Shown: in pieces, positions 63,791 through 64,000 of the stretch
Layout of the letters: the number at the start of each line of letters is the position of its first letter
Position numbering within the stretch: the first letter of the stretch is position 1
Assembly (NCBI RefSeq): GCF_030144855.1
Contig: NC_082709.1
Location: 148,428,001 to 148,492,000, forward strand
DNA length: 64,000 bases
From: Hypanus sabinus
Taxonomy: Eukaryota
Direction of reading: 5' to 3'
Program-made: the position numbers and the translations under genes
Notes under the pieces: generated by a model
The model's database searches: none
Told to the model about the DNA's origin: nothing
Seen by the model: only the letters and a program-made list of their open reading frames with translations

Positions 63791-64000
63791 TTGCTTGTGA
63801 TCTACAAGCACCATCCCATTTTATTTTGTAAGTCTGAAAAATGATCAGTGTTAGGGTTGGGCATGCTCTACATTTTGAAATACTGACTGTGGTCCTCCAT
63901 GTACTGACTAAATGTTTCATGCTGACTTGGGGCCACATCAATAATGTCAGTCATCGATGACACTTCTGTAATGTTTCCCCACCAATATGCACTTCATGAA

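Noticed and set aside
57509-63941. Recurring ~100-bp GATGCTG...GAGTTCCTCCAGCATTTTG units as a CRISPR-like array
   Set aside because: Dispersed, both orientations, irregular spacing, no cas genes; they are Penelope ends in a eukaryotic genome.

Overview
Repeat-dense vertebrate genomic DNA; the transposon landscape suggests a cartilaginous fish (inference). One host gene is supported on the + strand: an EWI-family immunoglobulin-superfamily gene (IGSF3/CD101/IGSF8-like). It has a 70-nt signal-peptide exon (33238-33307, absent from the ORF track), a 27.2-kb phase-1 intron and an Ig V-type exon (60541-60918). The window opens with a nearly intact Gmr1-type Ty3/Gypsy element (1-6245; PR-INT-RT-RH order). 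The rest is mainly Rex1/Babar, CR1, RTE, R4/Dong and Penelope-like retroelements, tRNA-SINEs, solo LTRs, a hAT element with a perfect 8-bp TSD, and Tc1 MITEs. The most striking signal is two decayed, related, minus-strand retrovirus-like elements (A, ~15640-23545; B, 38700-44428). Both have a tRNA-Asn-type PBS, a coiled-coil Gag and an envelope with paramyxovirus/pneumovirus-F-like architecture. Reconstructed across both copies, the envelope has a short F2 with one Cys, a furin site, a Gly-rich fusion peptide, HR1, C-x8-C-x11-C-x7-C, HR2 and a TM segment, so the elements look lokiretrovirus-like. Element B is a pol-less gag/env deletion provirus inside intron 1. All translations and alignments were done by eye; boundaries of decayed repeats are approximate.
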